A stretch of 63,971 bases of DNA, filler included, from Vicugna vicugna (GCA_013265495.1; 74 parts of 73 records of this genome joined end to end with filler, not necessarily neighbours in it), one strand, 5' to 3'; shown: positions 12,453 through 24,745, counted from the whole stretch's first letter. Notes: generated from the sequence alone by a model not told the origin. Numbers and translations are program-made.

Positions 12453-13646
12453 GAAAGGTCAGTAATCCATATGCTCACAAGTCAGAAATGCATGATTTCC
12501 GAATCAGTCTTGCATGTAGCATGTACGGAACCCGGAATGCCATGTTGATGGAATTCATGTAAATTACATACCTATTAGGTGGAAATCGCTCCAGAAATAT
12601 TTTTTTGTGAAAAATTCACGAATTCGAACCTGGTTTTAGGAAAAGCATGTGAAAATGTGTACACGTGTCTAGATGAAAATATCACTTTTATAGAGGAGGA
12701 AAGATTAGTAATCCAGATGACCTCAATTCAGGAATGTATATTTGTCGAATTCGTCATGTATGTAGCATGTACGGAACACGGAATATCATGTAGAAGGANN
12801 NNNNNNNNNNNNNNNNNNNNNNNNNNNNNNNNNNNNNNNNNNNNNNNNNNNNNNNNNNNNNNNNNNNNNNNNNNNNNNNNNNNNNNNNNNNNNNNNNNNN
12901 NNNNNNNNNNNNNNNNNNNNNNNNNNNNNNNNNNNNNNNNNNNNNNNNNNNNNNNNNNNNNNNNNNNNNNNNNNNNNNNNNNNNNNNNNNNNNNNNNNNN
13001 NNNNNNNNNNNNNNNNNNNNNNNNNNNNNNNNNNNNNNNNNNNNNNNNNNNNNNNNNNNNNNNNNNNNNNNNNNNNNNNNNNNNNNNNNNNNNNNNNNNN
13101 NNNNNNNNNNNNNNNNNNNNNNNNNNNNNNNNNNNNNNNNNNNNNNNNNNNNNNNNNNNNNNNNNNNNNNNNNNNNNNNNNNNNNNNNNNNNNNNNNNNN
13201 NNNNNNNNNNNNNNNNNNNNNNNNNNNNNNNNNNNNNNNNNNNNNNNNNNNNNNNNNNNNNNNNNNNNNNNNNNNNNNNNNNNNNNNNNNNNNNNNNNNN
13301 NNNNNNNNNNNNNNNNNNNNNNNNNNNNNNNNNNNNNNNNNNNNNNNNNNNNNNNNNNNNNNNNNNNNNNNNNNNNNNNNNNNNNNNNNNNNNNGTGAAA
13401 ATGTGGACACGTGTCTAGATGAAAATATTCCTTTTGTAGAGGATGAAAGATTAGTAATCCACATGCTCTCAACTCAGGAATGCATGTTTGTCAAATCCGT
13501 CATGTATCTAGCATGTACGGAACACGGAATATCATGTAGATGGGATCTATTCAAATTACAAATCTCTAGGGAATTATTCGCTCCAAGAGGGTTTGTGGGT
13601 AAAAGTGTGATTCTTGAAACTGGTGAAAGGAAGAAGCTGCAAAGTC
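12453..13646 (-). repeat. Satellite D
   Basis: Reverse complement of the D unit. Confidence 0.92.
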
Positions 13647-13746
13647 NNNNNNNNNNNNNNNNNNNNNNNNNNNNNNNNNNNNNNNNNNNNTTAATTAATT
13701 AANNNNNNNNNNNNNNNNNNNNNNNNNNNNNNNNNNNNNNNNNNNN

Positions 13747-14224
13747 GGGGAAGTCCGAGAAATAACTTCCCTGACTTTGGAGAGGCAGCCTTGTCACTGG
13801 GATATGCTGCAAATCCCCCTAGCATTCCCTGTCACAGAGACATTAGGAAAAACCTCAGGGGAGACAAGCTTAGGCTTTCCGTTAGAACCAACGCGCTGCC
13901 GACCGTTGGTGGAACCTCCCCACGCTCAGGATTCCANNNNNNNNNNNNNNNNNNNNNNNNNNNNNNNNNNNNNNNNNNNNNNNNNNNNNNNNNNNNNNNN
14001 NNNNNNNNNNNNNNNNNNNNNNNNNNNNNNNNNNNNNNNNNNNNNNNNNNNNNNNNNNNNNNNNNNNNNNNNNNNNNNNNNNNNNNNNNNNNNNNNNNNN
14101 NNNNNNNCATTAGGAAACAGGGGAGACGAGCTTAGGCATTTCGTTAGAACCCACGCGATGCCGACCGTTGGTGGTACCTCTCACACGCTCAGGATTCCGG
14201 AACCATTGTCAGTGCGTGGGGGAG
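13747..14224 (+). repeat. Satellite A
   Basis: A consensus. Confidence 0.94.
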
Positions 14225-14324
14225 NNNNNNNNNNNNNNNNNNNNNNNNNNNNNNNNNNNNNNNNNNNNTTAATTAATTAANNNNNNNNNNNNNNNNNNNN
14301 NNNNNNNNNNNNNNNNNNNNNNNN

Positions 14325-15074
14325 TCCAATACCCATGTAGATGCATTGGCTAAAACTTGGTATTAGAGAAGAAAACACATTCCTACGCTCTCCATCCTAG
14401 GCAAACCATCAGGGAAGGGAAGTTAAGGGATTCAAGTAGAACACAAGCGCTGCTGACTGTTGGAGGAACATCCCCACACTTAGGATTCCGGAACCCAACC
14501 TTGTGTGTCGGGGAGAAGTGGAGCCACAATCCAACTCAACTNNNNNNNNNNNNNNNNNNNNNNNNNNNNNNNNNNNNNNNNNNNNNNNNNNNNNNNNNNN
14601 NNNNNNNNNNNNNNNNNNNNNNNNNNNNNNNNNNNNNNNNNNNNNNNNNNNNNNNNNNNNNNNNNNNNNNNNNNNNNNNNNNNNNNNNNNNNNNNNNNNN
14701 NNNNNNNNNNNNNNNNNNNNNNNNNNNNNNNNNNNNNNNNNNNNNNNNNNNNNNNNNNNNNNNNNNNNNNNNNNNNNNNNNNNNNNNNNNNNNNNNNNNN
14801 NNNNNNNNNNNNNNNNNNNNNNNNNNNNNNNNNNNNNNNNNNNNNNNNNNNNNNNNNNNNNNNNNNNNNNNNNNNNNNNNNNNNNNNNNNNNNNNNNNNN
14901 NNNNNNNNNNNNNNAGGCCTAGGAAAACACTTAGGGAAGTCCAGCTAAGGGATTCTATTAGAACCCAGGTGCTGCTGTCAGTTGGAGGAGCGTCCCCACA
15001 TTCAGGAAAACAGAACACTTCTTCACACTTGTGCTGGTGGTATGGAAACTGAGTCCACACGTTTTTCTTGGGGC
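14325..15074 (+). repeat. Satellite B (includes a monomer retaining the A-type AGGATTCCGGAACC)
   Basis: B motifs, with the A-type motif at ~14482. Confidence 0.88.
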
Positions 15075-15174
15075 NNNNNNNNNNNNNNNNNNNNNNNNNN
15101 NNNNNNNNNNNNNNNNNNTTAATTAATTAANNNNNNNNNNNNNNNNNNNNNNNNNNNNNNNNNNNNNNNNNNNN

Positions 15175-15959
15175 TCTGTCACTGGGATATCCTGCAAAAC
15201 CCCCAAGCCTTCCCTGGCACAGAAACATTAGAAAAACCCTCAAGGGAGACAAGCTTAGGCTTTCCGTTAGAACCCACGCGCTGCCGACCGTTGGTGGAAC
15301 CTCCCCACGCTCAGGATTCCGGAACCATTGTCAGTGCGTGGGGGAGCTCGAGAGACAACTCCNNNNNNNNNNNNNNNNNNNNNNNNNNNNNNNNNNNNNN
15401 NNNNNNNNNNNNNNNNNNNNNNNNNNNNNNNNNNNNNNNNNNNNNNNNNNNNNNNNNNNNNNNNNNNNNNNNNNNNNNNNNNNNNNNNNNNNNNNNNNNN
15501 NNNNNNNNNNNNNNNNNNNNNNNNNNNNNNNNNNNNNNNNNNNNNNNNNNNNNNNNNNNNNNNNNNNNNNNNNNNNNNNNNGGAACCATTGTCAGTGCGT
15601 GGGGGAGCACGAGAGACAACTCCACGCAGCTCTGTTCAGTCACAGGTGTTCCCTGTTCGGGGAAGTCCGAGAAAAATCTTCCCTGAACTTGGGGAGGCAG
15701 CCTCTATCAATGGGATAACCTGCAAACCCCCCTAGCATTTCCTGGCATAGAGAAATTAGGAAAACCCTCAGGGGAGACGAGCTTAGGCTTTCCGTTAAAA
15801 CCCAAGCGCTGCCGACCTTTGGTGGAACCTCCCCATGCTCAGGATTCCGGAACCATTGTCAGTGCGTGGGGGAGCTCGAGAGATAATTCCACGCAGCTCT
15901 CTTCAGTCTCAGGAGGTCCCTGTTCGGGGAAGTCTGAGAAATACCTTCCCTGACCTTGG
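15175..15959 (+). repeat. Satellite A
   Basis: A consensus, ~3 monomers. Confidence 0.95.
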
Positions 15960-16059
15960 NNNNNNNNNNNNNNNNNNNNNNNNNNNNNNNNNNNNNNNNN
16001 NNNTTAATTAATTAANNNNNNNNNNNNNNNNNNNNNNNNNNNNNNNNNNNNNNNNNNNN

Positions 16060-16810
16060 TCCCAGTGTCAGAGTCTGCCTCCACAAGGTCAGGGAATTTA
16101 TTTCGCGGATTTCCCCGTACAGGGAAAACCTATGACTGAAGAGAGCTGCGTGGAGTTGTCTCTCGAGCTCCCCCACGCACTGACAATAGTTCCGGAATCC
16201 TGAGCGTGGGGAGGTTCCACCAACGGTCGGCAGCGCGTGGGTTCNNNNNNNNNNNNNNNNNNNNNNNNNNNNNNNNNNNNNNNNNNNNNNNNNNNNNNNN
16301 NNNNNNNNNNNNNNNNNNNNNNNNNNNNNNNNNNNNNNNNNNNNNNNNNNNNNNNNNNNNNNNNNNNNNNNNNNNNNNNNNNNNNNNNNNNNNNNNNNNN
16401 NNNNNNNNNNNNNNNNNNNNNNNNNNNNNNNNNNNNNNNNNNNNNNNNNNNNNNNNNNNNNNNNNNNNNNNNNNNNNNNNNNNNNNNNNNNNNNNNNNNN
16501 NNNNNNNNNNNNNNNNNNNNNNNNNNNNNNNNNNNNNNNNNNNNNNNNNNNNNNNNNNNNNNNNNNNNNNNNNNNNNNNNNNNNNNNNNNNNNNNNNNNN
16601 NNNNNNNNNNNNNNNNNNNNNNNNNNNNNNNNNNNNNNNNNNNNNNNNNNNNNNNNNNNNNNNNNNNNNNNNNNNNNNNNNNNNNNNNNNNNNNNNNNNN
16701 NNNNNNNNNNNNNNNNNNNNNNNNNNNNNNNNNNNNNNNNNNNNNNNNNNNNNNNACTGTCGTCTGCGCGTGAGTTCAAACGGAATGCCTAAGCTCGTCT
16801 CCCCTGAGGG
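16060..16810 (-). repeat. Satellite A
   Basis: Reverse complement of A. Confidence 0.94.
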
Positions 16811-16910
16811 NNNNNNNNNNNNNNNNNNNNNNNNNNNNNNNNNNNNNNNNNNNNTTAATTAATTAANNNNNNNNNNNNNNNNNNNNNNNNNNNNNNNNNN
16901 NNNNNNNNNN

Positions 16911-17950
16911 ATTGAACCTCGCTGATACTGGCAGAAACATACGTAGTGCCAATGTAGACTTAAGGATGTTTCTCAATTCTCTTCTCTAAGAACGGGTCCA
17001 AGGTCCCTGACGTCTGCAAGAGAAGAAATGGCAGAGATGATCAAAACGCTCCTGTTCTTGGAAGAGGTCTTGAGAATCCACACGTCCCAAGGGGCCTTCC
17101 CAAGCCATTCAGACCAAAATTCACCAAGCCCATGTAAGCCTTTTCCCAGGTTTAAGCCTAGCAAGCAAGCACTTGCCCTTNNNNNNNNNNNNNNNNNNNN
17201 NNNNNNNNNNNNNNNNNNNNNNNNNNNNNNNNNNNNNNNNNNNNNNNNNNNNNNNNNNNNNNNNNNNNNNNNNNNNNNNNNNNNNNNNNNNNNNNNNNNN
17301 NNNNNNNNNNNNNNNNNNNNNNNNNNNNNNNNNNNNNNNNNNNNNNNNNNNNNNNNNNNNNNNNNNNNNNNNNNNNNNNNNNNNNNNNNNNNNNNNNNNN
17401 NNNNNNNNNNNNNNNNNNNNNNNNNNNNNNNNNNNNNNNNNNNNNNNNNNNNNNNNNNNNNNNNNNNNNNNNNNNNNNNNNNNNNNNNNNNNNNNNNNNN
17501 NNNNNNNNNNNNNNNNNNNNNNNNNNNNNNNNNNNNNNNNNNNNNNNNNNNNNNNNNNNNNNNNNNNNNNNNNNNNNNNNNNNNNNNNNNNNNNNNNNNN
17601 NNNNNNNNNNNNNNNNNNNNNNNNNNNNNNNNNNNNNNNNNNNNNNNNNNNNNNNNNNNNNNNNGATGATTAAGCGTTCTCATCACTGATAGAAGAACAC
17701 CTGGTTCTCAATAGACTAGCATAACTGCAGCAGGGTTCTCCTAGCTATAATGACACTAGGTGCTTTTGGAATCAATCCTAAATATATATATTTGGTTTCT
17801 ATCCTCTTGTATTTTCCTAGAGAGGGATGTTACCCCTTGAAATGCCAACATTGGCCAGTAGGTGTCATTGGGAGTAAATGGCACCACATGTACAAGTGTA
17901 TCCATGTTTGGGAGTTATTTCATGTTTCCAATAGTTATTTCATGCTTCCT
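16911..17950 (+). repeat. Unidentified multicopy sequence, block F2 (paralog of 20377-21228)
   Basis: 16911-17180 aligns with 20510-20778 with many substitutions. Confidence 0.85.
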
Positions 17951-18050
17951 NNNNNNNNNNNNNNNNNNNNNNNNNNNNNNNNNNNNNNNNNNNNTTAATT
18001 AATTAANNNNNNNNNNNNNNNNNNNNNNNNNNNNNNNNNNNNNNNNNNNN

Positions 18051-18814
18051 TTAGGTCACGATATGCTCATATGAATCAATATTTACGAATATAAATGCAC
18101 GCCTCTGATTTCCGAATACAGGTGTGCTGAGTACATTCAAGCCGCGATACTGGGTCGATGCGTACTGAATGATCCTTGACATCACCTTGAGTAATTTNNN
18201 NNNNNNNNNNNNNNNNNNNNNNNNNNNNNNNNNNNNNNNNNNNNNNNNNNNNNNNNNNNNNNNNNNNNNNNNNNNNNNNNNNNNNNNNNNNNNNNNNNNN
18301 NNNNNNNNNNNNNNNNNNNNNNNNNNNNNNNNNNNNNNNNNNNNNNNNNNNNNNNNNNNNNNNNNNNNNNNNNNNNNNNNNNNNNNNNNNNNNNNNNNNN
18401 NNNNNNNNNNNNNNNNNNNNNNNNNNNNNNNNNNNNNNNNNNNNNNNNNNNNNNNNNNNNNNNNNNNNNNNNNNNNNNNNNNNNNNNNNNNNNNNNNNNN
18501 NNNNNNNNNNNNNNNNNNNNNNNNNNNNNNNNNNNNNNNNNNNNNNNNNNNNNNNNNNNNNNNNNNNNNNNNAGCTCTGCTGTTATTAGAAATGGTGGTC
18601 ATGTGGCATAGGCTACCCTAGATGGCAGCATTTTGCCATTCAAGCTATGGTCTATGTCCTGGCACTCCTCCCTGTCCTGCAATATTGCTGCTGAGCTAAC
18701 ATCTGAAACACCTCTGGAGGTTCCCTTGTGAATATGTTGCTTTCCTCCAGGCGCATTTTAAATCACTTTGATGCTCATGAACTTTGTAGATTTGGATCAT
18801 ACAGCTGCTGCTAA
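18051..18814 (-). repeat. Unidentified multicopy sequence, block F1
   Basis: 18619-18814 aligns with 59127-59322. Confidence 0.85.
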
Positions 18815-18914
18815 NNNNNNNNNNNNNNNNNNNNNNNNNNNNNNNNNNNNNNNNNNNNTTAATTAATTAANNNNNNNNNNNNNNNNNNNNNNNNNNNNNN
18901 NNNNNNNNNNNNNN

Positions 18915-19387
18915 GCCCCTGGCTACAGCGCGCCCCCTCCCCACGCGCACAATATGGCCCGGCGGGGGGCGCGGGGGAGTCGCGGTGGCCCCCAGTTGGC
19001 TTCTCCCGACCCCGGAGGCGTGGCTGTCCAGCTGGGACCGAGCTCACGCCGGGCCCCTGGGGACGCGAGTCCTGTTCCAGGCGGAACTGGATTCGGGGAG
19101 CTCTCAGGGATCGCGCTCCCAGCACCCCCATGTTCCATAGAGGAGAGTGCCGGCTTCCTTCTCCAAGATTTGGAGATCACGTTTCTGTCTCTCAGCATGT
19201 TAATGTTAGGGGGGGGGGGGGGTCTTCATTCTCTCCCTCCAGATGCTCTTGGGGGAGCGCCTTTTCTCCCGCCAAGATTGTGGGGCTCGGGCGATGGGGT
19301 CTTTGCCTCTCCGAGGTATCCTGATGTTGAGACTCCTTGCGCACCTCAGATGAAAGGGGAAGGGAGTCTCAAACCTTTCCTTCAGAT
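18915..19387. promoter_or_regulatory. CpG-island-like fragment (possible promoter/first intron); gene not identified
   Basis: Very GC- and CpG-rich at 18915-19130; G-run at ~19209-19222 followed by TCTTCATTCTCTCCCTCCAG, which resembles a splice acceptor. Confidence 0.5.
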
Positions 19388-19487
19388 NNNNNNNNNNNNN
19401 NNNNNNNNNNNNNNNNNNNNNNNNNNNNNNNTTAATTAATTAANNNNNNNNNNNNNNNNNNNNNNNNNNNNNNNNNNNNNNNNNNNN

Positions 19488-20276
19488 GATACAGGCCTTC
19501 CTCAAAAAAGAAGAACAATCTCAAATAATCTAATCCACCACCTAAAAGAACTAGAAAAAGAGCAAAAACACCCAAAAATCAGCAGAAGGAAGGAGATAAT
19601 AAAGATCAGGGAGGAAATAAATAAAATAGAGATTAAGAAAACAGTAGAAAAAATCAATCAAACCAAAATCTGGTTTTTTGAAAGAGTAAATAAAGTCGAC
19701 AAACCTCTGGCCAAATTCACAAAGAAGGAAAAAGAGAGCACAAATAAGCAAAATAAGAAAGGAAAATGGAGAAATTACAACAAATAACATAGAAATACAG
19801 AATATCATACGAGAATATTATGAAAAACTATATAGAACCAAAATGGATAACCTAGAGGAGATGGACAAGTTTCTGGAATCATACAGTGCACCAAGGCTGA
19901 ATCAAGAAGAAACTGACCACTTGAACAAACCAATCACTAGAAATGAAATCGAATTAGCAATAAAAAACCTCCTTACAAATAAAAGTCCAGGACCGGATGG
20001 CTTCACCGGGGAATTCTACCTAACATACAAGGAAGAACTCATACCAGTCCTCAAACTCTTCCAGAAGCCTGAAAAAGAGGGAATACTCCCAAACTCATTC
20101 TATGAAGCCACCATCACCCTGATACCAAAACCAGACAAAGACATCACCAAAAAAGAGAATTACAGACCAATATCACTGATGAACATAGATGCAAAAATCT
20201 TCAAGAAAATACTAGCAAATAGAATCCAAAGAAAATACTAGCAAATAGAATCCAACAGCACATAAAAAAGATTATA
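19488..20276 (+). mobile_element. LINE-1 ORF2 fragment (region between endonuclease and RT)
   Basis: Translates to KELEKEQ...[14 protein letters not shown]...[11 protein letters not shown]...[13 protein letters not shown]...[13 protein letters not shown]; has frameshifts. Confidence 0.97.
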
Positions 20277-20376
20277 NNNNNNNNNNNNNNNNNNNNNNNN
20301 NNNNNNNNNNNNNNNNNNNNTTAATTAATTAANNNNNNNNNNNNNNNNNNNNNNNNNNNNNNNNNNNNNNNNNNNN

Positions 20377-21228
20377 TGGCCGAAAAGCTGGCTGCACGAA
20401 TTGAGGAGAGATGCGAACACACTGATGAGAGATGTGGTGCTACAGTGGAGAATACTGGCCTGGAGACAGCTGTAGAGGATACCAGGCTCCAAAGTCTTTC
20501 ATGAGACATATTGAACCTCGCTGATACTGGCAGAAACCTACGGAGTGCCAACGTGGACTTGAGGAAGTTCCTCAATTCTCTGCTCCAAGANNNNNNNNNN
20601 NNNNNNNNNNNNNNNNNNNNAAGAGATGGCAGAGGTGATCGAAACGCTGAAGTTCTTGGAAGAGGTCTTGAGAATCCACACATCCCAAGGGGCATTTCCA
20701 AGCCATTCATACCAAAGTGCAGCAAGCCCAGGTAAGCCTTTTCTCAGGTTTGGGCCTAGCTATCAAGCACTTGCTCTTCCCTCCCCTCCACTCAGGCATC
20801 CATTTTGAAGGATCACTACCTGAACTGCTATGAAGCCAGCACGAGAAGAGCAAGCCCCTCTTACAATGAGTGCCTCCAGCTTCACACTCTGTGAACATCA
20901 GTGAACACTTTAAAGGTCAAATAGTCTCGACTGCAATAGATAGGAATTGAATACTTTGCTCACACAAAGAAACGATAGCCTTCTGCTAGATTCAGCAAAT
21001 GCTGGGTTTATGCCTTCTCTGGGGTGAATGGAGTGTGGTAAGTGAGGGGAATCTTTGACTGAACTTGAATATGTATTAGGCCTCCATTTTTCAAGACATT
21101 ATAGGTAAATATTAAAAGTCAGATAGGGAACTGAAGCGTAAAAGTCGAAAATGACATTAGAGATACAGATTATGAGGACCGTTTTTCAGTTGAGTCAAGC
21201 CCCCGGGAGCTCTATAGCATGGGGGTTG
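20377..21228 (+). repeat. Unidentified multicopy sequence, block F2; degenerate coding-like
   Basis: Paralog of 16911; a near-open frame AEKLAARIEERCEH...LQSLS*DILNLADTGRNLRSANVDLRKFLNSLLQ, then EMAEVIETLKFLEEVLRIHTS... Confidence 0.8.
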
Positions 21229-21328
21229 NNNNNNNNNNNNNNNNNNNNNNNNNNNNNNNNNNNNNNNNNNNNTTAATTAATTAANNNNNNNNNNNNNNNN
21301 NNNNNNNNNNNNNNNNNNNNNNNNNNNN

Positions 21329-21747
21329 TACTCTTTTCTTTCCGGTTGATGAAAATGTAAGTTGTTTTCATGGGTTTTGTACATTTCGTCATTTGTGAAA
21401 TTTGAGTAATATCGTTTAGCTTGTCTGACTGTGAGAATTAGACGCCTTGTATACAAAGAACCCAAGAGGTGATTAATAAAAGTGTGCTGTCACAATGACA
21501 GATATTTTAGAAGGATCAACACTGAATACTAAAGAGTTTCGCTTATTTCTGATGCATATTCAATATGTATATATGATATATTTGAATATGGTTTAAGGTA
21601 ACAAGGATTCATTTTTTTTTAGTGTAGTATGAAGTTTTAATGAAATCTGTATGAAATCTGTTCTAGTGAGACAGGGACAATTAAATTGCCTTAATCAGAT
21701 GTCCTTGAAGATTAATTACACAGAATATGTATTGTTACAACTCAGAA
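21329..21747. repeat. Low-copy duplicated sequence (paralog of 11871-12352)
   Basis: Direct alignment with 12026-12351. Confidence 0.85.
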
Positions 21748-21847
21748 NNNNNNNNNNNNNNNNNNNNNNNNNNNNNNNNNNNNNNNNNNNNTTAATTAAT
21801 TAANNNNNNNNNNNNNNNNNNNNNNNNNNNNNNNNNNNNNNNNNNNN

Positions 21848-22816
21848 TATATTCTAAATTCTGTGTTCTACATTCCATGTACTAAATTCTGTGTTTTATA
21901 TTCTCTACTCTATATTCTAAATTCTGTGTTCTGCATTCTATATTCTAAATATTATATTCAGTAATCTGTATCCTATATTCTTAATTCTGTGTTCTGATTC
22001 CATTTCTAAATACTGGTTTCTATATTCTCTTTTATATATTGTATAATTTGTGTTCTTAATTCTATATACTACATTCTATATTCTGCATTCCGTATTTATA
22101 TTGTAAATTCTGAGTACTGCATTATAAATTCTGAGCATTCTATATTCTAAATTCTATATTAAGTATTCTGTATTCTATATTCTAAATTCTGTGTACTACA
22201 TTCCATGTTCTAAATGCTGGGTTGTATATTCTCTTTTCTATATTATATAATATGTGTTCATCATTCTATATTCTATATTCTATATTCTATATACTCTTTT
22301 CTGCATTCCGTATTCGATATTGTATATTCTGATTTCTACATTCTATATTCTAAATTCTATATTCAGTATTCTGTATTGTATAATCTAAACCGTGTGTTCT
22401 GCATTCCATGTTCTAAATTTTCGGTTGTGTTTTCTGTTTTCCATATTCTACATTCTGTGTTCTACATTCTATATTCTGTATTCTATATTTTGCATTCCGT
22501 ATTCTACATTTTATATTCTGTGTACTGCATTCTATATTCTAAATTCCATATTCAGTATTCCGTATTCTATATTCTATACTCTGTGTTGTACATTCTATAT
22601 TCTAAATTCTATATTTAGTATGCTGTATTCTATATATATATTCTAAATATTCAGTATTCCGTATTCTATATTCTATACTCTGTGTTGTACATTCTATATT
22701 CTAAATTCTATATTTAGTATGCTGTATTCTATATTCTTAATTCTGTGTTCGGCATTCCATTTTCTAAATTTTGGGTTCTATACTCTCTATTCTATATTCT
22801 ATATTCTGTGTTCTAC
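21848..22816 (+). repeat. Satellite E, degenerate 7-bp unit (ATTCTAT/ATTCTGT/GTTCTAC)n
   Basis: TTCT recurs every 7 bp throughout. Confidence 0.95.
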
Positions 22817-22916
22817 NNNNNNNNNNNNNNNNNNNNNNNNNNNNNNNNNNNNNNNNNNNNTTAATTAATTAANNNNNNNNNNNNNNNNNNNNNNNNNNNN
22901 NNNNNNNNNNNNNNNN

Positions 22917-23755
22917 GCGTGGGGAGGTTCCACCAACGGTCGGTAGCGCGTGGGTTCGAACAGGATGCCTGAGCTCGTATCCCCTGAGGGTTTCCCTAAT
23001 GTCTCAGTGCCAGGGAATGCTAGGTGGGGTTTGCAGAAAATCCCAGTGACAGAGGCTGCCTCCCCAAGGTCAGGGAAGGTNNNNNNNNNNNNNNNNNNNN
23101 NNNNNNNNNNNNNNNNNNNNNNNNNNNNNNNNNNNNNNNNNNNNNNNNNNNNNNNNNNNNNNNNNTCCGGAATCCTGAGCGTGGGGAGGTTCCACCAACG
23201 GTCGGTAGCGCGTGGGTTCGAACAGGATGCCTGAACTCGTCTCCCCTGAGGGTTTTCCTAATAACTCTGTGCCAGGGAATGCTTGGGGGGTTTTGCAGGA
23301 CATCCCAGTGACAGAGGCTGCCTCCCCAAGGTCAGGGAAGGTATTTCTCGGACTTCCCAGAACAGGGAACACCTGTGAATGAAGAGAGCTGCGTGGAGTT
23401 GTCTCTCGAGCTCCCCCACGCACTGACTATGGTTCCGGAATCCTGAGCGTGGGGAGGTACCACCAACGGTCGGCAGCGCGTGGGTTCTAACGGGATGCCT
23501 GAGCTCGTCACCCCAGAGGGTTTTCCTAATGTCACTGTGCCAGGTAATGCTAGGGGTGGTTTGCAGGAAATCCCAGTGAAAGTGGCTGCATCCCCATGGT
23601 CAGGGAAGGTATTTCTCGGACTTCCCCGAACAGGGAACACCTGTGACTGAAGAGAGCTGCGTGGAGTTGTCTCTCGAGCTCCCGCACGCACTGAAAATGT
23701 TTCTGGAATACTGAGGGTGGGGAGGATCCACCAACGGTCGGCAGCGCGTGGGTTC
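22917..23755 (-). repeat. Satellite A
   Basis: Reverse complement of A, ~3 monomers. Confidence 0.95.
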
Positions 23756-24014
23756 NNNNNNNNNNNNNNNNNNNNNNNNNNNNNNNNNNNNNNNNNNNNT
23801 TAATTAATTAANNNNNNNNNNNNNNNNNNNNNNNNNNNNNNNNNNNNNNNNNNNNAAGTTCGGGGTTTAGTGAAAGATGCCATTTTACCCTGTAAGTTCA
23901 CTTTCAGGGAGGAGGAGGAAGACATCACAGATCAGAATTGCTGTTTTGCTTTTTGTTGTTGTTGTTTTCATAAGCCGTCTCCTGTTGTCAAATAGACACT
24001 GAGCAAATGAATGA

Positions 24015-24090
24015 CTGTTACACTCCCATTTGAAGGATGAGGAAAGTGACACTCAGGGAGAGGAGGCAAATTTCCTGAGTTCCCAAAGAC
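24015..24090. mobile_element. MIR fragment
   Basis: CCCATTTGAAGGATGAGGAAAGTGACACTCAGGGAG resembles the MIR core. Confidence 0.6.
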
Positions 24091-24745
24091 CAAAAGGGAT
24101 GAGTACAGAATAAGATCCCTGCAAATTTCTTGGCTGTCGTCAGCCTTTAGGTCAGTGACAGAGTGCCGTGTGTAGTAGTACAGTTGTAGCGTGCTTTNNN
24201 NNNNNNNNNNNNNNNNNNNNNNNNNNNNNNNNNNNNNNNNNNNTGTTTTGTCTGGGACTCTGAAAAAGAGAAATGGGTACGAAAATGTTGGTTTCTCGTC
24301 CTTGGTCCTTCCTCACCCACACAGATATGGACCCTTCCATCTGTAGCAAGAATAAGAGCCCCAGCCTTCCCATCTCATGAGATCAGTTCTCATTCATTTC
24401 ATTCCTGCCCACCTGTAGGCGATAAAGCACAGTGTGATTTTCATGTTCTGCTTCACTGATTCTTGTGAAATTAAGTGTTTGAAGATAGAAACTCATGAAA
24501 GGAAGCTCCTTTTTTTTTATATAAAGTGCAGTCGTTTTCTTAGCAGAGAAGGAAATTGAGGATTTTCTTCATTGAAAATCAATAGAGATTTCAAGAATAC
24601 CTGTATTTCTGATGCATAGATTAAAATGACAAAATTTAGCGGGATNNNNNNNNNNNNNNNNNNNNNNNNNNNNNNNNNNNNNNNNNNNNTTAATTAATTA
24701 ANNNNNNNNNNNNNNNNNNNNNNNNNNNNNNNNNNNNNNNNNNNN

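Noticed and set aside
18954..19439. 161-aa ORF in the GC-rich scaffold
   Set aside because: Low-complexity Gly/Pro/Arg content expected from GC-rich DNA; no recognisable domain.
16911..21228. Short motif resemblances of F1/F2 peptides to bornavirus proteins (ARIE..RCEH, PASHSVNI, QYRG..LSTPV, GG...HR)
   Set aside because: Matched from memory, short, and mutually inconsistent in spacing and gene order. This cannot be called an endogenous viral element without a profile search.
22214..22646. Hydrophobic YILYS-rich ORFs (also 46143-46823 and 51743-52510)
   Set aside because: Translations of the 7-bp satellite E.
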